Assembly: GCA_050298055.1 (NCBI GenBank) | Contig: JBNKTL010000004.1 | Span: forward strand, 81,335-145,334 | Length of the DNA stretch: 64,000 nucleotides | DNA from: Spirochaetota bacterium | GTDB taxonomy: Bacteria > Spirochaetota > UBA4802 > UBA5550 | Direction of reading: 5' to 3' | In this document: piece by piece, positions 49,329 through 59,192 of the stretch | Numbering within the stretch: the first letter of the stretch is position 1 | Layout: every line of letters begins with the position of its first letter | Position numbers and translations under genes: made by a program | Notes under the pieces: model-generated | Database searches by the model: none | Told to the model about the DNA's origin: nothing | Seen by the model: the letters and a program-made list of their open reading frames with translations, nothing else

Positions 49329-50642
49329 ATGAATAGAATATACTGTATAAAAATATCTGTTCTTATAATAATTTCTGCATTATATTATTATCCGGCATTT
49401 GCAAAAACGGATATTGACGGAATGTTTGACCTTTCCACCTCTATCTATAGTACAATAAACGAAGATCGATCAGACACCGACACTAACTACAGGCCGTATG
49501 GCAGCCTGCTCCTTAACATTGCATTTAATGATAAGTTCAGTTTTCACACTAATGACAGGATTGTTTACAGAGGACTTGAGACAGAGAAGGATGCCAATGA
49601 GGACCCGGAAAATCTTGATCTGAATGCTTATTACGGATATATTAATTACAGGGTAAACAATAAGGTCAATATCCAGCTGGGCCGGATCATGGATGTTGCC
49701 AATCTTGTTTACTCATACTATGACGGTTTAAATCTCAGGTTTAAAACCGATTTGGGAAACGGGAGTTTTTGGACAAACGTCTACGGAGGGCTTCTGGTCA
49801 ATGATGACTATCTGGATGATGAAGAGACTCTTTATGGATATAACAGCTTCGATGTAAGAAATTTCTCCATTGAACAGAGAACCGGAGACTATATTTGCGG
49901 CGCGCAGGTTAATTATTTTCTTAAAAGAAGGTTCATTGTCTCACTGGATTACCAGATGACGATGAATGATAATTCCCTTGCGGAGCAGTATGTCTCCCTG
50001 GATTTTGATACATTTTTTTCTCAAAGGATTAAACTTTATGGATTCGGAACATTAGATACAATTGAAAAGAAACCTTCGGCATCACTTGCCGGGATCAGGG
50101 TGAATCCTTTGAAGCTCATTTCACTATCCGTTGAACATGAATACTACAGGCCGGTATTTATTAAGGACTCCTACTGGTGGCTTTACTTTGAATCTCTGGC
50201 ACACCAATCATACAATGGAATTCTTTACTTTTTTTTCTCTCCGATCGTTACATTGACAACAAAGTATTCAAGACTGATATATGAGGGCGACAGCGAGACG
50301 GGCAATGATATTTCTGCGACTCTTGAAGACAGAAAAATTCTCGGTTTCAGCATTTCTTTAACAGGTGAATTCCTTAAGGGGCCTGAAGGTGAAAAGAGAA
50401 CCGGTATGGGTGCCATTGAACGACGATTTTTTAACTTCATAGATATAAGAGCCGGAGGCGGAATGGTACAGTATACGGAGGATCCTGAATCCGGCGATCT
50501 GTCATCGGGTTATCTTGTGCGGGGTGATCTTGGAATCAATTTCGACAACCGTCTGATAATATCGGCTGATGCCGAATATTTTAACAACCCGAAGTACCTG
50601 TATGATACAAGATTTTTTATATCCGTAAAATATCTCTTTTAA
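49329..50642 (+). CDS. Outer-membrane beta-barrel (porin-like partner of the multiheme cytochromes)
   Basis: Signal peptide ending in PAFA; amphipathic beta strands throughout; QLGR; C-terminal FFISVKYLF; lies between cytochrome genes. Confidence 0.8.
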   Translation: MNRIYCIKISVLIIISALYYYPAFAKTDIDGMFDLSTSIYSTINEDRSDTDTNYRPYGSLLLNIAFNDKFSFHTNDRIVYRGLETEKDANEDPENLDLNAYYGYINYRVNNKVNIQLGRIMDVANLVYSYYDGLNLRFKTDLGNGSFWTNVYGGLLVNDDYLDDEETLYGYNSFDVRNFSIEQRTGDYICGAQVNYFLKRRFIVSLDYQMTMNDNSLAEQYVSLDFDTFFSQRIKLYGFGTLDTIEKKPSASLAGIRVNPLKLISLSVEHEYYRPVFIKDSYWWLYFESLAHQSYNGILYFFFSPIVTLTTKYSRLIYEGDSETGNDISATLEDRKILGFSISLTGEFLKGPEGEKRTGMGAIERRFFNFIDIRAGGGMVQYTEDPESGDLSSGYLVRGDLGINFDNRLIISADAEYFNNPKYLYDTRFFISVKYLF

Positions 50643-50656
50643 CCGGGGTAATTGCC

Positions 50657-51901
50657 ATGAAAAAATATAACTATATGAAATTTATTCTTTTTCTTGCACT
50701 GGCAGCCGCGGCATCTGTCCTCTATTCCGGGGAAAAGAAACTTTTTCCTCACATGACCCATGGGGAAAACGATGTTGAGTGTAATACATGCCATCCCGGT
50801 GCGAAAACGAGTACACAGTCAAAAGAGAACCTCTATCCGGAAAAAACAGTCTGCGCAGGGGAATGTCACGAGAAGGATATTCTGAACAAAGTTGATTTTA
50901 CCGGTTCAAAGCCGAAATGGAAGCTCATTTTTAATCATAAAGTACATGTTGAACAGGATATTAAGTGTGTTACCTGCCACGCAGGTATTAATAAAAAAGA
51001 TTTCCAGGCTGGAGATGCGTTCCCGTCTATGAAGGTATGTTTTAAATGTCATAACGGTGATGACGCGGAGAAGACCTGCACCCTCTGTCATGAAGAGAAG
51101 GTCCCTTTCCCCCATAAGCTCCACATTCTGGACAATAAACTTGCATGCGATGAATGTCATAAGAACATCAAAAAAAGTACAACCACCAGGGGGGGCAGGG
51201 ATATCCCCCCGAAGAATGTCTGCAATGACTGCCACGAGGCTGAGTTGAAGTTCTCTGATGTTACAGACTTTCCTTACAGGCAGACCTATGAATTTAACCA
51301 CAAGCTCCATGTCGTCGGCCAGGAACTGGGATGCAGGGAGTGCCACAAGGCATTATATGAGAAGGAGCATCCCCGGCAGGCAGAGCTTGTCCCGAAGATG
51401 AAATACTGCTTTGAATGTCATGACAACGATACGGCAACAAAGTACTGTATGCTCTGCCATCTTAATCCCACAAAACCCAGAGACCACTATTACGACTGGG
51501 ACAACATGCATAAGAAGAGCGCAAACAGGGATATGCAGAATTGTATCTCCTGTCACCGGAGCAGGCAGTTCTGCATATCATGTCATAAAGGGATCAAGAA
51601 ACCGGGGAAAACACACAGCCCTAATTTTGAGCTTACACACAGGTTTGAGGCAAGGACAACCCTTAAGAATTGTTATTCATGCCACAGCAGAAGGCAGTGC
51701 GCTTCCTGTCACATCTCATACGGTGTGAGTTCCGGCAGTAAAACAAAGATCAAAAATATTCATGGTCCCCTTGGAATATGGATAAGCAGCAGGCATAAAA
51801 GAGCAGGGAGGCTCCGGATATCCACCTGTAAGGTCTGTCACGTGAAAGCCGATTGTTACGGATGCCATAATCCGGCTTATATCGGACCAAGAAGAAGATG
51901 A
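50657..51901 (+). CDS. Periplasmic multiheme cytochrome c (~16 heme motifs; c3/c7-like modules)
   Basis: Signal peptide; 15 CxxCH plus 1 CxxxCH; repeated FPHxxH/FNHKxH distal-ligand motifs. Confidence 0.92.
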   Translation: MKKYNYMKFILFLALAAAASVLYSGEKKLFPHMTHGENDVECNTCHPGAKTSTQSKENLYPEKTVCAGECHEKDILNKVDFTGSKPKWKLIFNHKVHVEQDIKCVTCHAGINKKDFQAGDAFPSMKVCFKCHNGDDAEKTCTLCHEEKVPFPHKLHILDNKLACDECHKNIKKSTTTRGGRDIPPKNVCNDCHEAELKFSDVTDFPYRQTYEFNHKLHVVGQELGCRECHKALYEKEHPRQAELVPKMKYCFECHDNDTATKYCMLCHLNPTKPRDHYYDWDNMHKKSANRDMQNCISCHRSRQFCISCHKGIKKPGKTHSPNFELTHRFEARTTLKNCYSCHSRRQCASCHISYGVSSGSKTKIKNIHGPLGIWISSRHKRAGRLRISTCKVCHVKADCYGCHNPAYIGPRRR

Positions 51902-52075
51902 TTTTTTTATTCTTATAAAAATCGGAAATTGCCATGTTTTGTTGTATCTTAACTTAAGATAAAAGGGTATACATTTTTTTAAGCTTCAAGTTTCATTGAC
52001 TGATTTTTTAAGTCACAGGGTTTTATGGGGGATTGAATGGTTTCCCCGCTATAAAAAAATAATAGGAGGCGGTAA

Positions 52076-52777
52076 ATGAGAAATTTGAAAGGAAATAAAA
52101 TCAGAGTTTTTGCTGTTTTTTCTGTTTTTGGAGCGACACTCTTTTTATCCGGAACTATTTATGCTGTGGTCCAACTTGCAGTTGTACCTCAGAAAATCGG
52201 TCTTAAGGATGTTGAGTTCAAACAGCTCAACAGGAAGAATTGTGAAGAGTGTCATGGCGAGTCACTTGCCGATAAGCACCACAAGACGAAAAATGCCGTA
52301 TCGGGGAACTGTATTTCCTGTCATGATGTCAAGACGGGAAAAACCACACAGGTTATCCTGAAAACCAATTGCGGAGATTGTCATACAAAAAGTCCTCATC
52401 ATTCAACCCAGGAAGCGCTTAACAAGGAGTGCACAGGCTGCCATGAGAGTCCGGGTGTCAGTGATTTCAGCATGAGTATTCCGAAGTACAATCCTACAAT
52501 GATAACGCCCACTAAGGATACATGCAAAAAGTGTCACAGAGACGGAGTTGTCAACGGGGAAAAAGTTTTCGGAATTAAGGCAACGCATCATGGGATATCT
52601 TACAAGGATTGTAATGTCTGTCACGGGGACAACAAAGCAAGCCAGGACATCCGGATATGTGAAAGATGTCACAGTGTAAAAGCAATTCATGAAGTAAAAG
52701 CGCATGTTGAGAAAACAGCCTGTATACACTGTCATGATACGAAAGAGGGCATAAAATACGGGAATATGAAGAAATAA
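52076..52777 (+). CDS. Octaheme cytochrome c
   Basis: AGGAGG RBS; signal peptide; 8 CxxCH with HH distal-ligand pairs. Confidence 0.92.
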   Translation: MRNLKGNKIRVFAVFSVFGATLFLSGTIYAVVQLAVVPQKIGLKDVEFKQLNRKNCEECHGESLADKHHKTKNAVSGNCISCHDVKTGKTTQVILKTNCGDCHTKSPHHSTQEALNKECTGCHESPGVSDFSMSIPKYNPTMITPTKDTCKKCHRDGVVNGEKVFGIKATHHGISYKDCNVCHGDNKASQDIRICERCHSVKAIHEVKAHVEKTACIHCHDTKEGIKYGNMKK

Positions 52778-52801
52778 TTTTTGCAGACAGGTAAAGAGTA
52801 A

Positions 52802-52836
52802 AAAAAAACCGCTGAATTTTTTTCAGCGGTTTTTTT
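52802..52836 (+). terminator. Intrinsic terminator (intron insertion target)
   Basis: AAAAAAACCGCTGAA...TTCAGCGGTTTTTTT hairpin, 4 nt before the intron 5' end. Confidence 0.85.
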
Positions 52837-52840
52837 ATTG

Positions 52841-54786
52841 GTGCGCCCGGCATGGGCGCACGCTTGGTGGTGCGGTGTAGAGCCATTAACGGCCTTTCTG
52901 GTAATACACCTAGTCCACTACGGGGGTTGATAGTACCAACCGTTAGCTTAAGGCAAGGGTGTCCACCGTGAGGTGGAATCTGAAGGAAGCCGACGGCAAA
53001 ATCCCGGCCTGACGAACAGGAATCACATAAGAGGCCGGTCAGAGTGGGTAAGTTTGCCAAACAAAACAAAGCCCATACTATCAAAGGTCTGACAGGTAAA
53101 TGTGGCAGGTATATGGGAGGAAAGCGTGCGTTCTTACCCGGGGAGGTCTGGCAACAGGTGAAACTGATGAACTTCAGGATCGCAACCCATATAGCAATAT
53201 ATGGCTGAGCTGTCAGAAGTCAGCAGAGGTCATAGTACTGTGGAAGGATAAGAGAAGCAGGAAGGACTGAACATTAAGAGGATATTGAAATCCGAATTTT
53301 GAGTATCATGCGGTGACAGCAGCCAACTCATTAAATGAGCCTTTGAGGGGACGTGAGGGTGAAGCCCTGAGAGAAACCGCAGAGAGCCGAGTATGATACC
53401 AGCGAAGAAAGATGGAAATATCAAATGGACAAAAGATGAGTAATACACTATTTGATAGAATCTTATCAAGAGAGAACATGATGCTGGCACTGGGTCGGGT
53501 GCGTCGGAATCGTGGCAGTCATGGTGTTGATGGAATGACGGTGGATGAACTTCCAGCCTATCTTGTGACAGCATGGCCATTCATCAGAGGTGAATTACTC
53601 TCCGGTACATATACACCTCAACCGGTCAGAAGGGTAGAAATACCCAAACCTGACGGTGGGATCAGACTTTTAGGAATACCAACAGTGCTGGATCGTCTGA
53701 TACAGCAGGCTACAGTGCAGGTTCTTAGCCCTGTTTTTGAAGAAACATTCTCAGAGTACAGTTATGGTTTCAGGCCCGGGAAAAGTGCTCATACCGCCAT
53801 CTTAAAGGCAAAAGAGCATATAGAACAGGGCTATACCTGGACAATAGACATGGATCTGGAGAAATTTTTCGACAGGGTGAACCATGACATCCTGATGTCC
53901 CGAATAGCACGAAAGATAAAGGATAAGAGAGTCCTGAAGCTTATCAGGAACTATCTGGTATCTGGAGTGTTGGTGGAAGGGATTAAAGTATCTTCTGAGG
54001 AAGGGACCCCCCAGGGAGGTCCCCTCTCCCCGCTTCTTGCCAATATTCTTCTTGATGACCTTGATAAGGAACTTGAGAAGAGAGGCCACGTCTTTGTTCG
54101 ATATGCTGACGATTGTAATATTTACGTCAAAAGTGAAAGAGCAGGATTAAGGGTTATGGCAAGTGTAAGAAAACTGCTGACAGGAAAGTTGAAATTAAAG
54201 GTCAATGAATCAAAAAGTGGAGTTGATCGACCTTGGAAACGGAAATTTCTGGGCTTCAGCTTTTACAAGATCAATGGTAAAGTCGGTATAAGAATTCATC
54301 CAAAATCTATCAGGAAATTTAAGGAAACCATTCGTAAAATAACCAACCGGAACCACAGCCGTAATTTTGAGGAAAGACTTCAAAATCTTGCGGTTGTTAC
54401 ACGTGGCTGGATAAACTACTTTGGAATTGCAGAAGCCAAAAGAGTCATGGAAGAGATTGATATGTGGACAAGGAGAAGACTTAGAGCCTGTCTTTGGAAA
54501 CAATGGAAGCGTATTAAGACAAAACATGATAATCTTGTAAAACTGGGAGTCAACAAAGCCAAAGCATGGGAATGGGCCAATAGCCGAAAGGGTTATTGGA
54601 GAATTGCCGGTAGTTATATTCTATCGACAACTTTGACTAATAAATTTTTTGAAGAAAAGGGATATAAGAGTCTGTTAAAACAGTACAGGAAAGTACATTG
54701 TGCTTAATGAACCGCCGTATACCGAACGGTACGTACGGTGGTGTGAGAGGACGGTGAGTGAAATAATCACTCACCTCCTACTCGAT
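52841..54786 (+). mobile_element. Group II intron, class IIC
   Basis: 5' GTGCGCCCGGCATGGG; 3' domain V/VI GAACCGCCGTATACCGAACGGTACGTACGGTGGTGTGAGAGG...CTCCTACTCGAT; inserted just after a terminator hairpin. Confidence 0.93.
53412..54707 (+). CDS. ltrA: Group II intron reverse transcriptase/maturase (no endonuclease domain)
   Basis: GVDG, RRVEIPKPDGG.RLLGIP, SYGFRPGKS, DLEKFFD, GTPQGGPLSPLL, RYADD, maturase RGWINYF. Confidence 0.95.
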   Translation: MEISNGQKMSNTLFDRILSRENMMLALGRVRRNRGSHGVDGMTVDELPAYLVTAWPFIRGELLSGTYTPQPVRRVEIPKPDGGIRLLGIPTVLDRLIQQATVQVLSPVFEETFSEYSYGFRPGKSAHTAILKAKEHIEQGYTWTIDMDLEKFFDRVNHDILMSRIARKIKDKRVLKLIRNYLVSGVLVEGIKVSSEEGTPQGGPLSPLLANILLDDLDKELEKRGHVFVRYADDCNIYVKSERAGLRVMASVRKLLTGKLKLKVNESKSGVDRPWKRKFLGFSFYKINGKVGIRIHPKSIRKFKETIRKITNRNHSRNFEERLQNLAVVTRGWINYFGIAEAKRVMEEIDMWTRRRLRACLWKQWKRIKTKHDNLVKLGVNKAKAWEWANSRKGYWRIAGSYILSTTLTNKFFEEKGYKSLLKQYRKVHCA

Positions 54787-54966
54787 TCGTTTTAAATATT
54801 AAGCTTTCCTGTTTATTTATACGCAATAAAGTTCAATAAATATTCAGTATTGAACAAAAGGAATAAAGTTATTGACCGTGTTAAGTAAATCGAATAGTAC
54901 TTTACTGTTATGGGAACGTTTCATAATTAAGTTATCTTATCGTTATACTATATACTGGAGAATATC

Positions 54967-55803
54967 ATGAGACGCGATGTAAATTCGATAATTGAGATGA
55001 AGAAAAGAAATGAAAAGATCACCGTTCTCACCGCGTACGATTTTTCTTACGCGGCCATTGTGGATGCGGCAGAGATTGATATCATTCTTGTGGGTGATTC
55101 AATGGCCAATGTCATTCTGGGTATGGAATCAACGGTTGAGATAAGCATGGACGAGATGATCAATCACAGCAGGGCCGTGGTAAAGGGTTCTGAAAAGGGG
55201 CTTGTTGTGGGCGACATGCCCTATAGAGCATACCAGGATGACAAATCGTCGCCTCTTGACAATGCCAGACGGTTTATAGAGGAGGCGGGATGCCAGGCGG
55301 TAAAGCTTGAATGGTATGACAGGGTCCTGGAAGTTACCTCTGAGATTATCAACGCGGGGATCCCGGTGATGGGACATATCGGTTTTACTCCCCAGACTGC
55401 GGATAAACTGGGAGGGTCCATTGTCCAGGGAAAAGACCTGGAAGGAGCAAAGTCACTGATCGAACAGGCGGTAAAGCTCGAGGAAGCGGGATGCTTCAGC
55501 ATTGTCCTGGAATGCGTTCCCTGGCAGATAGCGGAGGTCATTACAGAAAAACTGAGCATCCCCACCATCGGGATAGGTGCGGGTAACAGGTGTGACGGAC
55601 AGGTCCTTGTCCTCAATGACCTCCTGGGGCTCTTCAGGAGGTTCAGGCCTAAATTTGTCAGGGTCTACGACGATCTTTTCGAGAAGTCGGTTAATGTGAT
55701 AAAGAGATTTAAGGAAGATGTTGAAAAGGGGACTTTTCCCTCTCCGGAGGAGAGTTTTTCCATCAAGGATGAGGATTTTGAGAAGATAAAGGATAAGCTA
55801 TGA
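54967..55803 (+). CDS. panB: 3-methyl-2-oxobutanoate hydroxymethyltransferase
   Basis: LTAYD, ILVGDS, VGDMPY, AVKLE, PVMGHIGFTPQ, PTIGIGAG, DGQVLV. Confidence 0.97.
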   Translation: MRRDVNSIIEMKKRNEKITVLTAYDFSYAAIVDAAEIDIILVGDSMANVILGMESTVEISMDEMINHSRAVVKGSEKGLVVGDMPYRAYQDDKSSPLDNARRFIEEAGCQAVKLEWYDRVLEVTSEIINAGIPVMGHIGFTPQTADKLGGSIVQGKDLEGAKSLIEQAVKLEEAGCFSIVLECVPWQIAEVITEKLSIPTIGIGAGNRCDGQVLVLNDLLGLFRRFRPKFVRVYDDLFEKSVNVIKRFKEDVEKGTFPSPEESFSIKDEDFEKIKDKL

Positions 55804-55846
55804 TTTTTTCTCACAGGCGAGGTCACATGACCTCGCCTGCAAAATC

Positions 55847-57001
55847 CTATATGTGCAGAAAGCACCTCTCCAGTGTGGCCATGAGCGCCATATTATAATC
55901 ATTTGCCGCTTCAATGACCTCCGCGTCGTTCATTGATCCCGCAGGCCAGACAATGGCGGAGACGCCCTCTTTCCCCACCGTGTCGATGGAGTCCCTTTTG
56001 GGGAAAAACGCGTCCGATGAGAGCACGGCCCCCTTCAGATTGTGTCCCTTCTTTACGGCCTTGTCGATGGCCTGTTCAACGGCCCCCACGCGTTCCTGTT
56101 CCCCGGTCCCCACGGCAATGGAAGCCCCGTCCTTTACGAAGACGATCCCGTTTGATCTCACATTGATGTTCAGGTACCAGGCGGTGAGACAGTCATCCAT
56201 CTCCTTCACGGTGGGTTCCCTTTTTACCGTATAGTCGGACCCGTTGTTTTTCTCCGGGTCGGAGTTGGGTATCATGGGGTCTTTTACGAAATCCGCCGCC
56301 GATTTTATTCGTGTTAGGTAAGGGACCTCTATCGTGATAGTCCCGTCAGCCATGTTTCTCAGGTTGTAATATCCGGCAATATCATCCCCCATATATCTGG
56401 GTATTTTATCCACATTGGATATTTTTGCCACTCTCAAAGAGTTGTTCAGTTTTTTTGTCCCTTCATTTCTCTTGAGAATCTCAAGGGCGTCACTGTCGAA
56501 GTCGGGGGCAATAACTCCTTCAACAAAACTCTCCATTATCGCTTCGGCGGTTGACGCGTCAACCTTCCTGTTAAATCCCACAATGGACCCGAAGGCACTC
56601 CTCTCGTCACAGTCCCGTGCGATCCTGTATATCTCCGCCAGCGGTTCCCCCGATGTCTCAACCTTGAAACCGCAGGGATTAACATGCTTCATCACCGTAC
56701 ATGAGGGCCTGTTGAAATATTTCAGGATGTTGAGGGCCTGGCTCATGTCCTGAAGGTTCGTTAATGAGAGCCCGGCCTTGCCTCCTTTCAGTATCTCCAT
56801 ATTCCCCAGTGACAGGTTCTCTCCATTAAGCGGTGCGTAAGCGGAAAAAGGCTGGTGGGGGTTGGTTCCGTATCTCAAGGCGTAGGGGACAAGGGAGAGT
56901 TCAATCCTTTCGTCACCTATGATGAGAGATGCTTTCTCCGGAAAATCGCTTTTTATGGCAGTCTTGTACGCGTCTTTAAATGAAGAAACATCAGTTGGCA
57001 T
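55847..57001 (-). CDS. Stand-alone AICAR transformylase domain (PurH C-terminal-like)
   Basis: LRYGTNPHQ, MKHVNPCG, SAFGSIV, RSNGIV, SDAFFP, PAGSMND; no N-terminal IMP cyclohydrolase (MGS-like) domain. Confidence 0.85.
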   Translation of the reverse strand: MPTDVSSFKDAYKTAIKSDFPEKASLIIGDERIELSLVPYALRYGTNPHQPFSAYAPLNGENLSLGNMEILKGGKAGLSLTNLQDMSQALNILKYFNRPSCTVMKHVNPCGFKVETSGEPLAEIYRIARDCDERSAFGSIVGFNRKVDASTAEAIMESFVEGVIAPDFDSDALEILKRNEGTKKLNNSLRVAKISNVDKIPRYMGDDIAGYYNLRNMADGTITIEVPYLTRIKSAADFVKDPMIPNSDPEKNNGSDYTVKREPTVKEMDDCLTAWYLNINVRSNGIVFVKDGASIAVGTGEQERVGAVEQAIDKAVKKGHNLKGAVLSSDAFFPKRDSIDTVGKEGVSAIVWPAGSMNDAEVIEAANDYNMALMATLERCFLHI

Positions 57002-57105
57002 GTTAATACTCCTTATTTGTATTTCTTGGCTTCGAAATTGTTTTATTTTCATTTATTACAAATTTTGTAACTGCTCTGTTGTATGATTATAAAGAATTAT
57101 CTCAA

Positions 57106-57185
57106 TGTCATTCCCGCGAAAGCGGGAATCTATTTTCTGAAAAAAATGGATCCCGGCTCTTCGCTACACTTCGGCCGGGATGACA
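57106..57185. repeat. REP/dRS3-like palindromic element
   Basis: TGTCATTCCCGCGAAAGCGGGAATC...GGATCCCGGC...GCCGGGATGACA, with nested hairpins and closing TGTCAT/ATGACA ends. Confidence 0.85.
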
Positions 57186-57284
57186 GACTTGTGAGACATC
57201 CTATCTGTTCTTTTCTTAATAACATTTATAATATGATCATTCTTATAAAAAAGTTGAGTAGCTCTGTATAATTGTAAACAATAT

Positions 57285-57656
57285 CTACCTCTCCCTGTAT
57301 CGTACGATCTCCACAGCCGCGTATTCAACATGAAACTGTTTCATGGCTTCCGGTTTTTTTACCCTCACAAGAACAGAGTCGGCATTAAATTTTCCAAGTA
57401 TTATTGCAGCACTCTCTTCGGCAATGGTTTCAATGAGATTGAAGTGCCTGCTTTCGATTAAAGTTTTCAATTCACATTGCATTTTTGAATAGTCTTCCGA
57501 ATCTTCAATCCTGTCCGAAAGCCCGGCTTTCCCTGTGTCTGCCCGGACTTCCAGGTCGATAAAAATATCCTGCTTATTGGTTTTTTCATGGTCAAGTATC
57601 CCCACGAGGGCCGAAAAGCGCGCGTTGCGGAGAATGATTTTATCTTTGCCGGCCAT
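57285..57656 (-). CDS. folB: Dihydroneopterin aldolase
   Basis: VGILDHEKTNKQDIFIDLE, SDRIEDSEDY, FNLIETIAE, VRVKKP. Confidence 0.93.
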   Translation of the reverse strand: MAGKDKIILRNARFSALVGILDHEKTNKQDIFIDLEVRADTGKAGLSDRIEDSEDYSKMQCELKTLIESRHFNLIETIAEESAAIILGKFNADSVLVRVKKPEAMKQFHVEYAAVEIVRYRER

Positions 57657-57663
57657 TGCTCCT

Positions 57664-58218
57664 CTACTCAGTCAACTTCAGGAATTCCTCACGGGTTTTT
57701 ATATCCGTCCTGAATAACCCCCTCACCACAGATGTGATGGTATAGGCACCGCTCTTTTTAACACCTCTCATTTCCATGCAGAGGTGCCTTGCCTTCATGA
57801 CTACCGCGGCCCCCTTGGGTTTCAGTTCATTCATTATTATCTCGGCAATTTCCGTAGTGAGCCTCTCCTGGACCTGGAGTTTCTTGCTTCGGTTCTCCAC
57901 AAGGCGGACAATCTTGCTTAAACCCACTATCCTCTTGTCCTGCGGTACGTATGCTACATGGGCAGTCCCGAAAAAGGGGACCATATGGTGTTCACACATG
58001 GAATAAAAGGGTATATCTTTAATGACAACCATCTCATCATGCTCAAGCTCGTGGACCTTGCTCATGAACTCGGCCGGATCAACTTTATTCCCGGAAAATA
58101 TCTCGGTATACATTTGGGCAACACGCTGGGGTGTTTCCTTGAGGCCGTGTCTTTCGGGATCTTCCCCGATTGCGGAAAGGATCTCCTTAATGGCATTTTC
58201 AATTCTGACTGTATCCAT
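57664..58218 (-). CDS. folE: GTP cyclohydrolase I
   Basis: GLKETPQRVA, FYSMCEHHMVPFFG, GLSK, LQVQERLT, HLCMEMRGV. Confidence 0.97.
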   Translation of the reverse strand: MDTVRIENAIKEILSAIGEDPERHGLKETPQRVAQMYTEIFSGNKVDPAEFMSKVHELEHDEMVVIKDIPFYSMCEHHMVPFFGTAHVAYVPQDKRIVGLSKIVRLVENRSKKLQVQERLTTEIAEIIMNELKPKGAAVVMKARHLCMEMRGVKKSGAYTITSVVRGLFRTDIKTREEFLKLTE

Positions 58219-58276
58219 GCTTTTTCTCCGTTATTCTTTCAAATTCCCTTATTCTTTTCCCCCTATCCCCCTGTTC

Positions 58277-58348
58277 ACCCCCTAACCCCCTGAGGGGGCA
58301 CAAGAGTTCAGGAAATGGATCTTTCGCCCCCTCTGGGGGATGGGGGGT
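58277..58348. repeat. REP-like G/C-tract palindromic element
   Basis: ACCCCCTAACCCCCTGAGGGGG...CCCCCTCTGGGGGATGGGGGGT; architecture like 28389-28477. Confidence 0.65.
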
Positions 58349-58397
58349 CTTTCTCTGTGAGCTTTGTGTGAAACCTCTTTCTTTACGACCTTAGCAC

Positions 58398-59192
58398 CTA
58401 TACGGCAATCTCTCCCTTTATATGATCATGGGGATCATATCCCGTGAGTTCGAAATCTTCATATGTGAAGTCAAAAATCGAAGTTATTTCCGGGTTTATC
58501 CTCATCTCGGGAAGGGGCCTCGGGTCCCGTCCAATCTGCAGCTTTATCTGCGGTATGTGGTTGAGATAGATATGGGCATCGCCCAGGGTGTGGATAAACT
58601 CACCCGGTTTCAGACCGGTGACCCGGGCGATCATCATTGTAAGAAGTGAATATGACGCGATGTTGAAAGGAACACCGAGAAAAATATCAGCGCTCCGCTG
58701 ATAGAGCTGACACGAAAGTCGGTCCCCTGAAACATAAAACTGGAAAAAACTGTGACAGGGGGGCAGCGCCATCTCATGGAGGTCTGAAACATTGAAGGCG
58801 TTAACGATCAGCCTTCTGCTTCCGGGATCATTCCTGATATTTTCAATAACCGCTGATATCTGGTCGATCCCTTTCCCGTCTTTTCCCGGCCAGTTTCTCC
58901 ACTGGTAACCGTACACCGGTCCCAGCTCTCCCTTTTCATCTGCCCATTCGTCCCATATTGTCACACCATGATCATTGAGATATTTAATGTTTGTGTCCCC
59001 CCTGAGGAACCAGAGGAGTTCATAGATTATGGACTTGAGGTGGACTTTTTTTGTGGTCAGGAGGGGAAATCTCCGGCTGATATCGTACCGTGCCTGGTGT
59101 CCGAAACAGCTCAGGGTCCCGGTCCCGGTCCTGTCGCTTTTTTCCACTCCGTTTTTGAGAACATATCCGGCAAGTTCGAGGTATTCTTTCAT
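58398..59192 (-). CDS. thyA: Thymidylate synthase
   Basis: [55 protein letters not shown]. Start at MKEYLE. Confidence 0.98.
   Translation of the reverse strand: MKEYLELAGYVLKNGVEKSDRTGTGTLSCFGHQARYDISRRFPLLTTKKVHLKSIIYELLWFLRGDTNIKYLNDHGVTIWDEWADEKGELGPVYGYQWRNWPGKDGKGIDQISAVIENIRNDPGSRRLIVNAFNVSDLHEMALPPCHSFFQFYVSGDRLSCQLYQRSADIFLGVPFNIASYSLLTMMIARVTGLKPGEFIHTLGDAHIYLNHIPQIKLQIGRDPRPLPEMRINPEITSIFDFTYEDFELTGYDPHDHIKGEIAV

Noticed and set aside
52575..53580. Minus-strand ORFs 52575-53084 and 53230-53580
   Set aside because: They overlap the intron ribozyme domains and neighbouring genes; not credible proteins.
53412..54707. Retron, Abi or CRISPR-associated reverse transcriptase
   Set aside because: It has a maturase domain and is flanked by canonical group IIC 5' and domain V/VI sequences.
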